Origin: Leucoraja ocellata
Lineage: Eukaryota
Length of the DNA: 64,000 nt
Direction of reading: 5' to 3'
Assembly: GCA_036785375.1 (NCBI GenBank)
Contig: JAWMAR010000030.1
Span: 8,122,001-8,186,000 of the forward strand
The notes below the pieces were generated by a model, which was not told the origin of the DNA, ran no database searches, and worked only from the letters and a program-made list of their open reading frames with translations. Of this stretch, positions 53,025-64,000 are shown piece after piece. Position numbers and translations under genes: made by a program. The first letter of the stretch is position 1; each line of letters begins with the position of its first letter.

Positions 53025-53906
53025 ATGATACCATCAAGGTTTCTAGTAAATACCACAACCACACTGATGTAAATACCACAACTACATAAAGAAAAAATAA
53101 AATTGAAGCTAGAACAGTTCTCTTTCAGAATTAACATGCTAACACACTGTGGGAAGGTGAAGGATGGGGAACGGACGTTGAGCTGAAAGATTCTACGGAA
53201 GAACAGCAGTGGAATATCAGGTCAAAGATACAGTGTTATTGCTGATTTGGATCTCTATTGAACTCACAGCCTAATGACATTTATATAATGACATTTGGGA
53301 AATTCATTTCTAGAATTCAAGTTCGTCTTCTTATGATGGCATCACAAGCCAAAATGTACACAGCGTAATTTTAGAATCTGTCATTAAGTTAACAAGTTAA
53401 CCATTCATTAGTACAAAACAGTATAGCACAGGAACAGGCCCTTCAGCCCAACATGTCTGTGCCAAACATGACGCCGGGTTAAACTAATCTCCTCTGCCTG
53501 CACATGATCTATATCATTGATAATTTTTTTTTTTAAATGTAGGCAGCTGCAAGGCCCATTTCAGTTCTTTACGGGTATTAATCATGGTATAATCACAAGG
53601 GAAATTTTTATTCTCTGACTAATCTAGTAAGACATTGAGAAATATTACCAACAAATAGAACAAAAGGAGAACAAAATGGAAAGTGGTAATAGTCTATAAG
53701 AATGAAAGGAACACTTCTGTGTAGACAATACATCTGTGTAAACTAATTTTAGAAAACAATATTTTTCCATTTCCACAACAAATCTTTTCTTAAAGGATAA
53801 GTGACTTTCAATATACAAGTCATAAAAGTCTACCAAATGTTAAACATCTTGCAAAGAAAAACATGTACTCTTTCCAGGCAGTTAGGCAGCATTAACTTTA
53901 ATTTAC

Positions 53907-54030
53907 CTTAATGCATTCCAGAGCTGCTTGCTTGGCCTCTTCGTTCTCTATAGAGGGTCCCCTTAGACCAGACTGTTCATTACCACTTAGTGTCAGCCAA
54001 CTAACGAAACTCAGGACTGTGGATTCACCA
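53907..54030 (-). CDS. GBF1: GBF1 exon
   Basis: GESTVLSFVSWLTLSGNEQSGLRGPSIENEEAKQAALECIK. Confidence 0.93.
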
Positions 54031-54274
54031 CTGCATTTCAATACAAAACAATTTAGTTCAGCTGCAAATATTTAAAGTCAATATTACACAAAATTATTTA
54101 ATATTGATCGACTCCACCATTTAAGATGACCAAGTAGAACAAACCATTTTAGTATCAGTTTTTATTTGTAACAGAATTGGAAGAAATTATTTATTTGAAA
54201 CTGTAGCTTTAAAATGCGAGACCGGCTTAATGTATGACCCATTCATTCGTTAAATTTCAATAAAGGACATAAGC

Positions 54275-54667
54275 TACTACATTGCTCCTGGCAAGAGGTA
54301 TAAAGGGCATCAGAGACCCACCCCATCCTGGCCACACACTAATTTCACTCCTGTCATCGGGAAGATGATATAGGAACCTGAAAACTGTAAAACCCAGGTT
54401 CAGGAGCAGCTTTTTCTCACAGTAATCAGGCTACTAAACACCACAACATCCAAATAAGCTCTGAACTACATAGATGGGAGCGTTGTTTTTGTCTTTGTGC
54501 ACTATTATTGTGTGTTTGTATGCGTGTGCATATAAAAATATATACTGAACTTTTTGTTTCCATTTAGTATATCGATTAGAGAGTACTATGTTTACATGTT
54601 TTGTTATTCTGCTGCAAGAAAGAATTGTATTGTGTTTGGGACATGACAATAAAACACTCTTGACTCT
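54275..54667 (+). mobile_element. Rex1/Babar LINE 3' end
   Basis: Same family as 8194-8835; ends atgacaataaaacactcttgactc. Confidence 0.75.
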
Positions 54668-55324
54668 TTTTCTGCCTCTATGGTAATTTATCCTGCCAAA
54701 TTGTCCCATGGTCTCAAAGAGGCTTTAAAAATAAGATAATTTGGTGAAATCTCACAGATGTAGAAAAAATTGTAACTGGATGAAGCTGTGTGTTGTGATG
54801 AAACTCCTGGTTTATGGCCAGAGTTTAGCAAATTTACACTCTAGTAATTATCCAATTATTCTCATCCATTTATCATTTCTTGCATTCCTCGTTCAGATTC
54901 CCAATCCTCATCGCCTCGTTCACGATGCGCTCCTCCTCCCAACGCATCTTCCAACAGCGTTCCCCAAATTCCATTCTTCTCTTCCCTTCTGAAAGATGCC
55001 CTTCTCTCTGCCAATCCTTCATCCTTATCCAAGTATATTTTAACCTTTGTAACTTTAATTTGGTCTCAATTTCACAAAAGCAACATTGTGGTAAATGAAC
55101 AATTGCACATATTAACAATGCAGTGGTGGTTTCAAATGAATTGTTATTCCAACATCAAAATCATCTCAGTCTGCCATGTAAAGATACATCCCGAGCAGAC
55201 AACAAACTGTTGAAGGAACTTGATGGGTCAGGCAGCTGCCTGACCCGCTGAGCTCCTCCAGCAATTTTATTTGCTCAAGATTCCAACATCTGCTGTCTCT
55301 TGTGTCTCTAAATATTCTTCCTAC

Positions 55325-55389
55325 CGATTTGAGGGTGTTTCTTCCCGCTGAAGTGAGATTTTCCCATTGGGCTCCACAAAGTCTTCTAC
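55325..55389 (-). CDS. GBF1: GBF1 exon
   Basis: VEDFVEPNGKISLQREETPSNR. Confidence 0.92.
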
Positions 55390-57619
55390 CTGCACAAACA
55401 AAGATTCACTTGCTAACAAAACTCCAGAATAATAATTGATCAACTTAATCTAAATACTTTCAGAACTCAAGTTAGAGAAAGTTATACTCATTTTTTCTTG
55501 TTTAAAATAAATCATGCATATATCAAACAGGTGTAAAAGCTAGGAAAGTAATATGAGTGTAATATGGAGATACTCCAATACAAAATTAATTGTTTTCAAA
55601 TATAAAAAAAACATGGGTATATTGTGTGCTTACCATTCTGGAAATTCACTTGTTAACAATTTAGTTGCGACTATTTGCATACCTTGGGTATGCAAGCAAA
55701 TAATTTCACTGTGACTTGTCACATGTGATCAAGTATTCATTCACTTCCTTGACCTAAACTATGAACTCCTTCACTTTTGACAGATATAACCTGAGCAGTT
55801 CCAAGATTCATTGTTGTTACTGCAGATTTCCATAACATAGTATTTTGTTTTTGCCATCTCTCTGATCCTCCAAGCAAGGACATTAAGATGACTTGCAGTC
55901 AATATGGTAAGAAATCATAGCCTATTGGCTACAGGTAATGTATTTGAATAACATTTCAAACAGGCTTTAAAAAAATGATTAGTTGTGTGCAGCAGGTGGC
56001 AGTATTGCCTCAATACTATCACAAATAGACAACAATACTAATAGGCCTAATTTTATTAGGAGCTTTTCATTGTTACAGACCTTACTGTTATTTCCATATC
56101 TTATTTAGAAATATTCAACCAGTAAGGAAATAAATAAACTAAAATTAGTTTATAACATGGGGTATTAACAATCATATTTGTAGATTTCACAACCGAGCTT
56201 CCTAGGGATTCCTCTACTCGGCAAACCCTCTTAAAAGTGAAACCCAATACCAAATGTCAAGTGTGGAAATCTACAAGTCACGTGCAGTTCTACACCTTCA
56301 CCCTGCGTGGTGCATATATAATGTAGTCAAAGTTCACCTCTCTTTGTCCAATGAAACAATGCACTAGGTTGTCTTTACAAACATTGTTTTATTTTAATAG
56401 CCCCTTGTCAAAGTCTCAGTGGAGTTCACTACTGATCTGAACACAGTCATCTCAAGCTCCTCAATTGTAAGGTAAGTTTGTGACATAAACACTCCAGCTT
56501 GGATTGGGCACAGCCGGATTGAAGGAGGAGAGGGTAGTCTCTAACACAGTACCAACTCTTCATAAAAACTTATAGTTCAAAGTTCAGATGTATGTAGTAA
56601 TCCAGAATTTGCGCTATGCACAAAGAATTTCTGCCACACCACAAAAATAAAAGAGATGACTTGTACTCTGTCAATTCATGCTTCAATCATTCTAAATGAA
56701 AAGAAAATGCTGACCCAACACTTTCAAATAAATCTGTAATGTCAGTCCAACAGTCAAATTTAAATCGGAAAAAAACATGGATTTTTTTCCCCTCCCCAAG
56801 ACCATGATTGTCACAGTATTAAATTTGAGTGAAAAATGAATGGTTTTGTGATTCTGATGGGGGAAAAGGAAGCTGCTTCCATTGAAATCATCAATTATAT
56901 TCTCATTTCTGACAACAGGCTTTTCTCTAATCTTTGACTTGTCTAGATGGAGTAAAAAGAACTCAATGTAACTACTTAACGTTAGGTTAGTGCTCAACAA
57001 AACATCACATCACAACAATTTGTTAATAAATCTGAGATAGATTTCACCGGAATAATAAAAGAAGCATTCCAAAGCAGTAATTCATGAAAGTTCAATGCTT
57101 ATTCGCTGGTGCAAGAGGCAATGAACAAGCAGGTAATCACAAAGAGGTTAAGGGAAACTGATGTAACTACAGTTTCAATACTAATGCCACTCCAAAATAA
57201 TTTACATGCATTTTGAATGAACATGCTTTGCTTCCGCAAGCCTTCCTGCTCATCAAACATAAATTGGATTATCGTTCATTGAACATTTCCACTCAATATG
57301 ACCACAATCTCCCAGAAGTTAAAAGTTAGATTGCTTCAACTCATTCTGATAACGAACGTGCCACCCTTGACTTTATGAAAAGGTAATTAATAAATTAAAT
57401 GCAGTGTTAAAAGCTGAAAAGGTACAAAGTTCTAGGCAGCACACCCTGCTGATTGGAGTCAGCTTGTGGGAAAAATATTGGAACACAAGTTGAGTAATGG
57501 AAGAGAAGAATGTTGACTGGGTGGGGTAAATGGGACAGGTTGGAATTTGTAAAATGAATGTTGGGGCTGTTGGAAGAGCAGGAATGAAAATAGAGATACG
57601 TTTGCAATGAGCGACTGGC

Positions 57620-58050
57620 CAATAGTCTTTAATATGTTCTTGTCACATGCACCAAGATACAATGAAAAACTGTGTGTTCCATCCAGTCAAGTCAAATCAT
57701 GCCACGTATGACTACAATCAAGTCCTACACAAGTATGCAGGGACTGCAAAGGGAAAAATACAGGAGTGCAGAATATAATGTTACAGTATTGCAGCATTAC
57801 AGTCCCAGAGAAAAAAGTCCAATGTCTGCAAATATGTAGGTTGGGAGATCAGGGCTACACCCTAACATGGGAGGATTGTCCAGTACTCTTATGACAATGG
57901 GGAAGTAGTTGTTCCTGAATCTGGGGGTATGTGCTTTCAAGGTTTTATATCATCTGCCCGTAGGGAGAAGAGTGAATGACTGGAGTTAAAAAGGTCCTTA
58001 ATTATGTTGGCTGCATTCCCGAGGCGGTGTGAAGTGTAGATCAAGTGTTT
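57620..58050 (-). mobile_element. Degenerate Rex1/Babar/L2-like LINE 3' end
   Basis: gggaagtagttgttcctgaatctgg...gctttcaagg...tccttaattatgttggctgc. Confidence 0.55.
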
Positions 58051-59594
58051 AACTGTCAGATGGAGTGGATGGTGGGGAACTGGTTATTGAGACAGGTCAC
58101 TTTATTTTTCTTAGGGATTGGAATGATGCAGGTTTCCATTAAGCAGATGGTGTTTATGAAATTGCACGCCATTGAACTGGCCAGTTTTCACCAATATCTT
58201 CAATCTCTCGCTTCAACAGTCTACTGGTTGCTTCATAGAAAATACATCATTCCAGTCCCCAAGGGAAATTACTTGTTACAATGATTACTGCACAGTAGCT
58301 TATCGCAACAGTATCTCAACACTTCTACTGCTGCTCTTTCAATAGCCAAATACTAATTTTACAAATTTCAACTTGTCTCATTTTTTCCCCGCCCAATCAA
58401 CGTTCTTCTCATTTATTACTCATCCTGTGTTGTCCCAATATTTTTTCCACAGGCTGGCTGTAATCACTAAGGTGTGCTATCTAGAACGTTGTACCCTTAT
58501 AGTTTTTAAACACTGCAATTACATTTATTAATCACCTTTTCGTAACAATCAACACAGCCGACTTCGCCATTTTCTGTTCCCTCCCTCTTTGTGCAGCTCA
58601 ATCCTAAAAATACCATTTTGTTTTCTCCTAGTTATAATTGAGTACTTCCAAGGACAATTAACAACCTTGGTCAATGCATGGGCATTGCACGATGGGCATT
58701 GCATGCTTTCAGAAGATTTGCAACAAGCACATTTATTCAACGTGTTTAATATATTTTCCCGAGTACTTGCACGAGTACAAATTTTCAGTATAATTTTCTG
58801 CATTGTACTGGAATGTTTCTTAATATCAAAGGCACAATACAGTCAACAAATTTGTTCAAAGCAAAAAGCATTCTTGTGCACCAAGTCTCCCAGTAGTTAT
58901 TCGAATTAGTGTACTTCAGACATCACCAGTTTCATGAGTAGATACTGTGTTCTGACAATTAGGGTCTGGATGAACATGGTTAAGTTTGGAGGCTTTCAAG
59001 AAGGACCATAAAAATCATGCCCATTTTTTAAAATATGATTCTCCCCCCCCCCATCCCCCATTAATCTCACAAGACTGCATGAATAACAAGCCTCTCCTTG
59101 ATAGACCATCCTCAATTGCTTTAGGAAAAGATGGTATCACCCCATGTTCATAAAATATTATCGTCTATGTAGTGAAGTCACTCCCACAACGGAGATGAGG
59201 ATTTCTACCAACTATCAAGATGTATTTATTCCTTATTATTCTATGGATTAAAAATGTCTTTCAGTCTCAAACAATAAATATGGCCCTGCCTATCATGTAC
59301 GAGGATTATTAACAGATTCCTTTTTTGTCCAAACGTCTGTGCAGCATGAAGTTAGGAACCTAAAGGGGGCAATTTAAGCCATACCGTCTCCCACCAATAT
59401 CATCATCTCATTTTACTATGTGTTGGGATTTATTTTACAAAAAATGTACATGAGCTATAATGTCTTCATCTTTATTTCATAGAGCAACATCACAACGAGC
59501 ATAAATAGCCATAGGCATTACTGTATTTGTAAAAGTCACCTCATATATTCACCATACTTTAACAGTGGGAAGAGGTTCTGGAGGAAACACTTAC

Positions 59595-59771
59595 CTCTAT
59601 CATGGCTTTGGGCAAAAGCTCAGCACGGAAAAGTTGCAGCATCGCGTCCATAATGTTCTTCCACCCCTCTCTAAGAATGTCGCCATGACGATGTGACAGA
59701 TTAAACACCGTCTTGGCTGCCAGTTGAGCTTTTGCATTGCTACCAAAAACATTTGGAAGATTCTCTACAGA
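59595..59771 (-). CDS. GBF1: GBF1 exon (HDS1 region)
   Basis: SVENLPNVFGSNAKAQLAAKTVFNLSHRHGDILREGWKNIMDAMLQLFRAELLPKAMIE. Confidence 0.93.
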
Positions 59772-61119
59772 CTGCAGGAAAAGAGCACAATACAGTTAAT
59801 TAACAGCAAAGCAGCCCATTGCCAATGGTTAATTTAATTAAAAGGGCCGGGATCAAATTGACACGTTTAACAACACATAAAAAACTGAAGGAGAAAGATT
59901 CAGCCAAAGAAGTTGGTGTAATATATATATAGTGGAGCAACTAAAACAATGCAGAGAGCAGGAAGACAAATTAAATGACAGCTAGTTGCAAATTTGAACA
60001 ATGTAGCTCGTGATATAATAAATTGACGAGCAGATTATATATAACAAGTGGATAAAATACATCTTGGTGCAATGCATTTTTGAGATTATACATTATGTCA
60101 CATCATATTATTTAATGATATTAAATAATGAAAGAGGCAGTGTAAATCTGTTCTTCCCCGAAGTATGAGCTATTACATTCATCGTTAAAATCTAAAGATA
60201 ACACTCAAGCCATTTAAAAAAACCAACATAAATGGCAAGGTTTCTAACCCCTTAAAACTAGCTAAACTCGCCTTCCTGTGACAGGGCAAATACTTTCCAT
60301 AGATCAGAACTCTTGTGACTTAAGTTCATGCAATATACCTGTTTTCAACAAAAAATAAATTTTGGAGGGCAGCGAGAGAAGGAATTGTAATTTAAATGAT
60401 CTTGCAGTTCACCATGCCTACAACACCTCTAGGACCCTTTAAATTCCAGTCGTGCCAATGAGAGTGGCGTGTACCCATGATACTGATTCAAGAGATTCAA
60501 GATTATATCCCAATGTTATATTGCGACAGATCTAAACCAAACAGTATGGAAGCCCTGGATCAAGAATTGGATAAATGCTTGGACTCAATAGAAAGGACCT
60601 GGCTCAACTAGGTTCCTGATGGCATGACCCCAGAGCCCTCTGCAACCAGGAAGTGGGTCTCAGGGCAATGCTGAAGGCACTTCCCAACAGAAAGCTTCAG
60701 AAAAAGTAGTTGGGGCACTGTTGGAGATTTCTATTCCTCGGTTGTTTTAAGGGAAAACTGACATCCCACATTGATGCCAAACAAGGCAGTTTTCCTTTCA
60801 TACACAGAATGTTCAGTACAACACTGAACTGTTTAGAATCCTATGTCTAAAAGATGCATGGCATGATATTATACTTCAGGTGGTTCAGAAAATACTCATG
60901 AATAATGGACACGATAATTTAATCAACTGCTATTAATCACATGAGGAATTCAAAGGTTTGAATGGGATGAAATTATAAAAATGACATTTTATATTTCTGC
61001 AAACAAATTCTTCATTGCAGAATTTATCCCCAAAAAAAAGCAAGCAGATTTTATTTTAAAAATGCAAAGACACAGTCTCAGGAGTTTCATGAAATAATTA
61101 AGTATTGCAAAGCACCAAC

Positions 61120-61213
61120 CTCACTGCTAAGAGCTGTAAATTTGCACAGGGAAATAATAAGATTGTCAAACACATCACTTAGTCCATAATGAGCTGAAAT
61201 CATGGCGCATTTC
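61120..61213 (-). CDS. GBF1: GBF1 exon
   Basis: [31 protein letters not shown]. Confidence 0.93.
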
Positions 61214-61936
61214 CTGCAGAGGAGAAAGGAAAATGATCATTAACATAACAACTCAATATTGCTCTAACGACACAAAAGGTTAAAAAGCATTGAGTTATAA
61301 TTTGATCTTACATTTATTGGTCGATGGTCCTAATAGGGTTTGTGTAATTTCAAGGAAATACAGGTTTCGACAAATAAATCTGTTACAACTTCAGTGAACA
61401 ATGTCGATGAGCAAAGGTATAAGGATACCCAAATTAAACAGCTTTCTACTTTCTGAAATTATCAAAGTACTAATTTAACAAAACCAATGGCTAAGGAAAA
61501 AAATCAAGAGCTCGTCCAAATCCATTCCAATTGTTTTACTTGAGAGGCATTGATCACCAACGTTATTCTAAATTATTGAAGATTAACTGCAGCTATGACT
61601 TTTAAATAACACTCAACAGAATGGGAATCAACTCAAGTTAAGAATAACCACCAAAGGAATCAGACCCACATTAGAAAAAGCAATAAAGTTGATTCAAGTC
61701 AAAGATAAATCAACATGCTTCATTTTGTTGAAAATCTTCATTTTGATATCGAACACACACAAAAACCTAGGCCATCACTATTCTGCAGGGAATTAATTCC
61801 AATATGATTACACTCTTAGCACCCATGTTCTATACACAGCCTTCTGCCAAGCATAAAACTTGTTTTCCATCAGAGATCTTTCCTGTACACATTAATATTA
61901 AAACATATAATTGATTAGCATTTGGTAATACTTTAC

Positions 61937-62173
61937 CTGAATCCAGATATTGCCTTCTGTATTATTGTTTCATCTAAACTCTTGTCAAAAACATAGGAAA
62001 GTGCAGCTATAGTGGGACCCCACGTCATGGTGAATAGGTCATGATCAAAGCTTCCTGGAGGCACATGGAGGAAGATGCCTTCTGACGAGCTCCCACGATT
62101 CAAAAGTACGTTCCATATATAGTTTTCTCTCACAAAACCCGTTTGTTCCTCAGGCATCACAATCTCATCATTC
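61937..62173 (-). CDS. GBF1: GBF1 exon just downstream of the Sec7 domain; gene continues beyond the window
   Basis: NDEIVMPEEQTGFVRENYIWNVLL...DLFTMTWGPTIAALSYVFDKS...IIQKAISGFR. Confidence 0.94.
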
Positions 62174-62372
62174 CTAAGGTATAACAATGTTTTTCTTTCA
62201 GATATTTCAATTGCACAGAGAGCTGTTATAACATTTGATTTTTGGAATTTAGTTTGAGTTTCTTTTTATAATCAACACTTTATCCACAATGATAAACTTA
62301 TTACTTTCTTTAAATATTGAACATGAGGAAAACATATTCTGGTATCATATTTTGATTTTCTGTACTACTAAA

Positions 62373-62690
62373 AGCCCTGTCCCACGGTACGAGTTTATTC
62401 AAAGAATTCTCCCGATTTTGCCCCGATTTGAACTCTGAGATTTATGGTAATGGCCACTCGTCGGTACTCGGGGCTCTCTTGGACATTTTTCATCATGTTG
62501 AAAAATCTTCACGAGTCTTCCCATGCTTACCTGTCGTTAGCGAGTCTTCCCGAGTACCTGCCGTTAGCGCTAAGAGACGTCCCCGAACTCCGACGTACCC
62601 GCTACATTCATTCTCCGTGCTTACCGCGAGTTTGATTTTTTTTAAACTTGGGAGAGCTCTTGGAATGAACTCGTACCGAGGGACAGGACT
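62373..62690. mobile_element. MITE, probably PIF/Harbinger-type
   Basis: ~45-bp imperfect TIRs agccctgtcccacggtacgagtt... / ...aactcgtaccgagggacaggact in TA-rich flanks. Confidence 0.7.
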
Positions 62691-63711
62691 ATTAGTCAGC
62701 TTTTGTCAGTAAATTAGATATAGCTAACATTTGTGCAGTTCAAAAGAAATCCCCAAACAGAAATATGTTTCAACATCAAATTTGATCATAAAATCTAGTT
62801 TCTATAAAGAAAGCTATAATTCCAAATGCAACACCTAATTACCTTGTATGATTTTATAACCTTACCATCTCTTTAATCCCATTTGTCTTTTATTTCCCAT
62901 TAGTCAGTATTTTGATCAACAGTAACAAACAAAAGTTAATTAATAAAGATTAGAAAGATATGATCAAGAAATACGAGTATTCCACTGAGTAAGTGTACCA
63001 TCTGCTGTGATACTGAGTTACAAGATGAAAAAACAATTCATCAGAATTGTTCACAAGATTTGTTGATAGGGATCAACTTTTTCCTTATAAAGATCACTCC
63101 AACATGTCTTTCAGATTTTAGTCTCCAGAAATAAATGGGCCATATGTACTGGTAAAAATCTGAGAATCCCATTCAATAACAATAAATTAACTAATCAGTA
63201 GCAATAAGCCAATAACCTTGGTCACCTGTTCACGTACAGCTGCTTTTGAATTGCTGGCTTTTTTGTTTTTGAATGTTAAAGCTTGTTTCAATGTCATCGT
63301 CTTTTACATTTGCAGTTTCCCAAATTCACATAAATTAGTATCCTGACGAGTAAATTATGCATCTCTCCAAAATAAGAGCAGCTCAATAGAAAGTAATTAA
63401 TTGAATATAAAAGTCTTTTGTTTGCTTAGAAAATGTGATCTTGATTAATAACTGTGTTGTTCTTTTGGAAATATGAAATGATCCCATGAATCACACTTTC
63501 CATTCATCACCATTTTTGATTTAAATTGACCTTTTTTTAAACACTGAATCCATGTAAAATTAACTTTAAATAATTAACATCATAATTTCCCATAATAAAA
63601 CAACCAAGAAAAATGTGGAAAGGTTCTGGATCTTAGGCAGTTCGAGCTTAATCTTTGAACTAGCTAACCCACTGTTACAGTGAATTAAAACAACATCTCT
63701 AAAGATCTTGT

Positions 63712-63838
63712 TTAAGAAGGAACTGCAGATGCTGGAGAATCGAAGGTTACACAAAAAAGCTGGAGAAACTCAGCAGGTGCAGCAGCATCTATGGAGCGAA
63801 GGAAATAGGCAACGTTTCGGGTCGAAACCCTTCTTCAG
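63712..63838 (-). mobile_element. Penelope terminal repeat
   Basis: Same family as 16326; flanked by duplicated atctctaaagatct. Confidence 0.8.
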
Positions 63839-63869
63839 ATCTCTAAAGATCTCTTTGGCTCAAATTGGA

Positions 63870-64000
63870 AAGACTGGATGTGGAGAAGATGTTTCCACTA
63901 GTGGAGAGTCTAGGGCTAGAGGTCATAGCCTCAGAATTAAAGGGCATTCCTTTAGGAAGGAGGTGAGAAGGAATTTCTTTAATCAGAGGGTGGTGAATCT
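63870..64000 (+). mobile_element. CR1 LINE fragment (runs off the window)
   Basis: tggatgtggagaagatgtttccactagtgg...aggagg.gagaaggaatttctttaatcagagggtggtgaatct. Confidence 0.8.

Noticed and set aside
63040-63140. Next upstream GBF1 (Sec7) exon
   Set aside because: An NLKDMLE-like stretch is followed by a stop and lacks matching splice sites; the real exon is probably outside the window.

Overview
Vertebrate genomic DNA, most likely a cartilaginous fish (skate/ray-like), judged from the repeat set (HE1/V-SINE-like SINEs, Penelope, CR1, Rex1/Babar). Two protein-coding loci converge. (i) A complete, intact macroH2A.2-like histone-variant gene on + (8 coding exons, 19840-32820, 382 aa). (ii) The 3' part of GBF1 on - (19 frame-consistent exons, 62173 to stop at 35795). 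The main surprise is a tandem duplication: 1-7017 is a diverged copy of 31750-35752. It carries a second, still-open macroH2A terminal exon (869-1034), its 3'UTR and an orphan copy of nearly all the GBF1 3'UTR. The upstream copy has a class I (gamma/epsilon-like) endogenous retrovirus with a tRNA-Pro-like PBS in its 3'UTR. The duplication junction is a 5-kb nest of transposons bounded by inverted BEL/Pao LTRs. The complete copy has an H1-like Lys/Ala-rich linker and a GC-AG intron. Introns also hold Tc1 IR/DR transposons, hAT/Harbinger MITEs, Helitron-like elements and Penelope ends with hammerhead-ribozyme cores. All identities and comparisons to human proteins are by eye or from memory, not computed.
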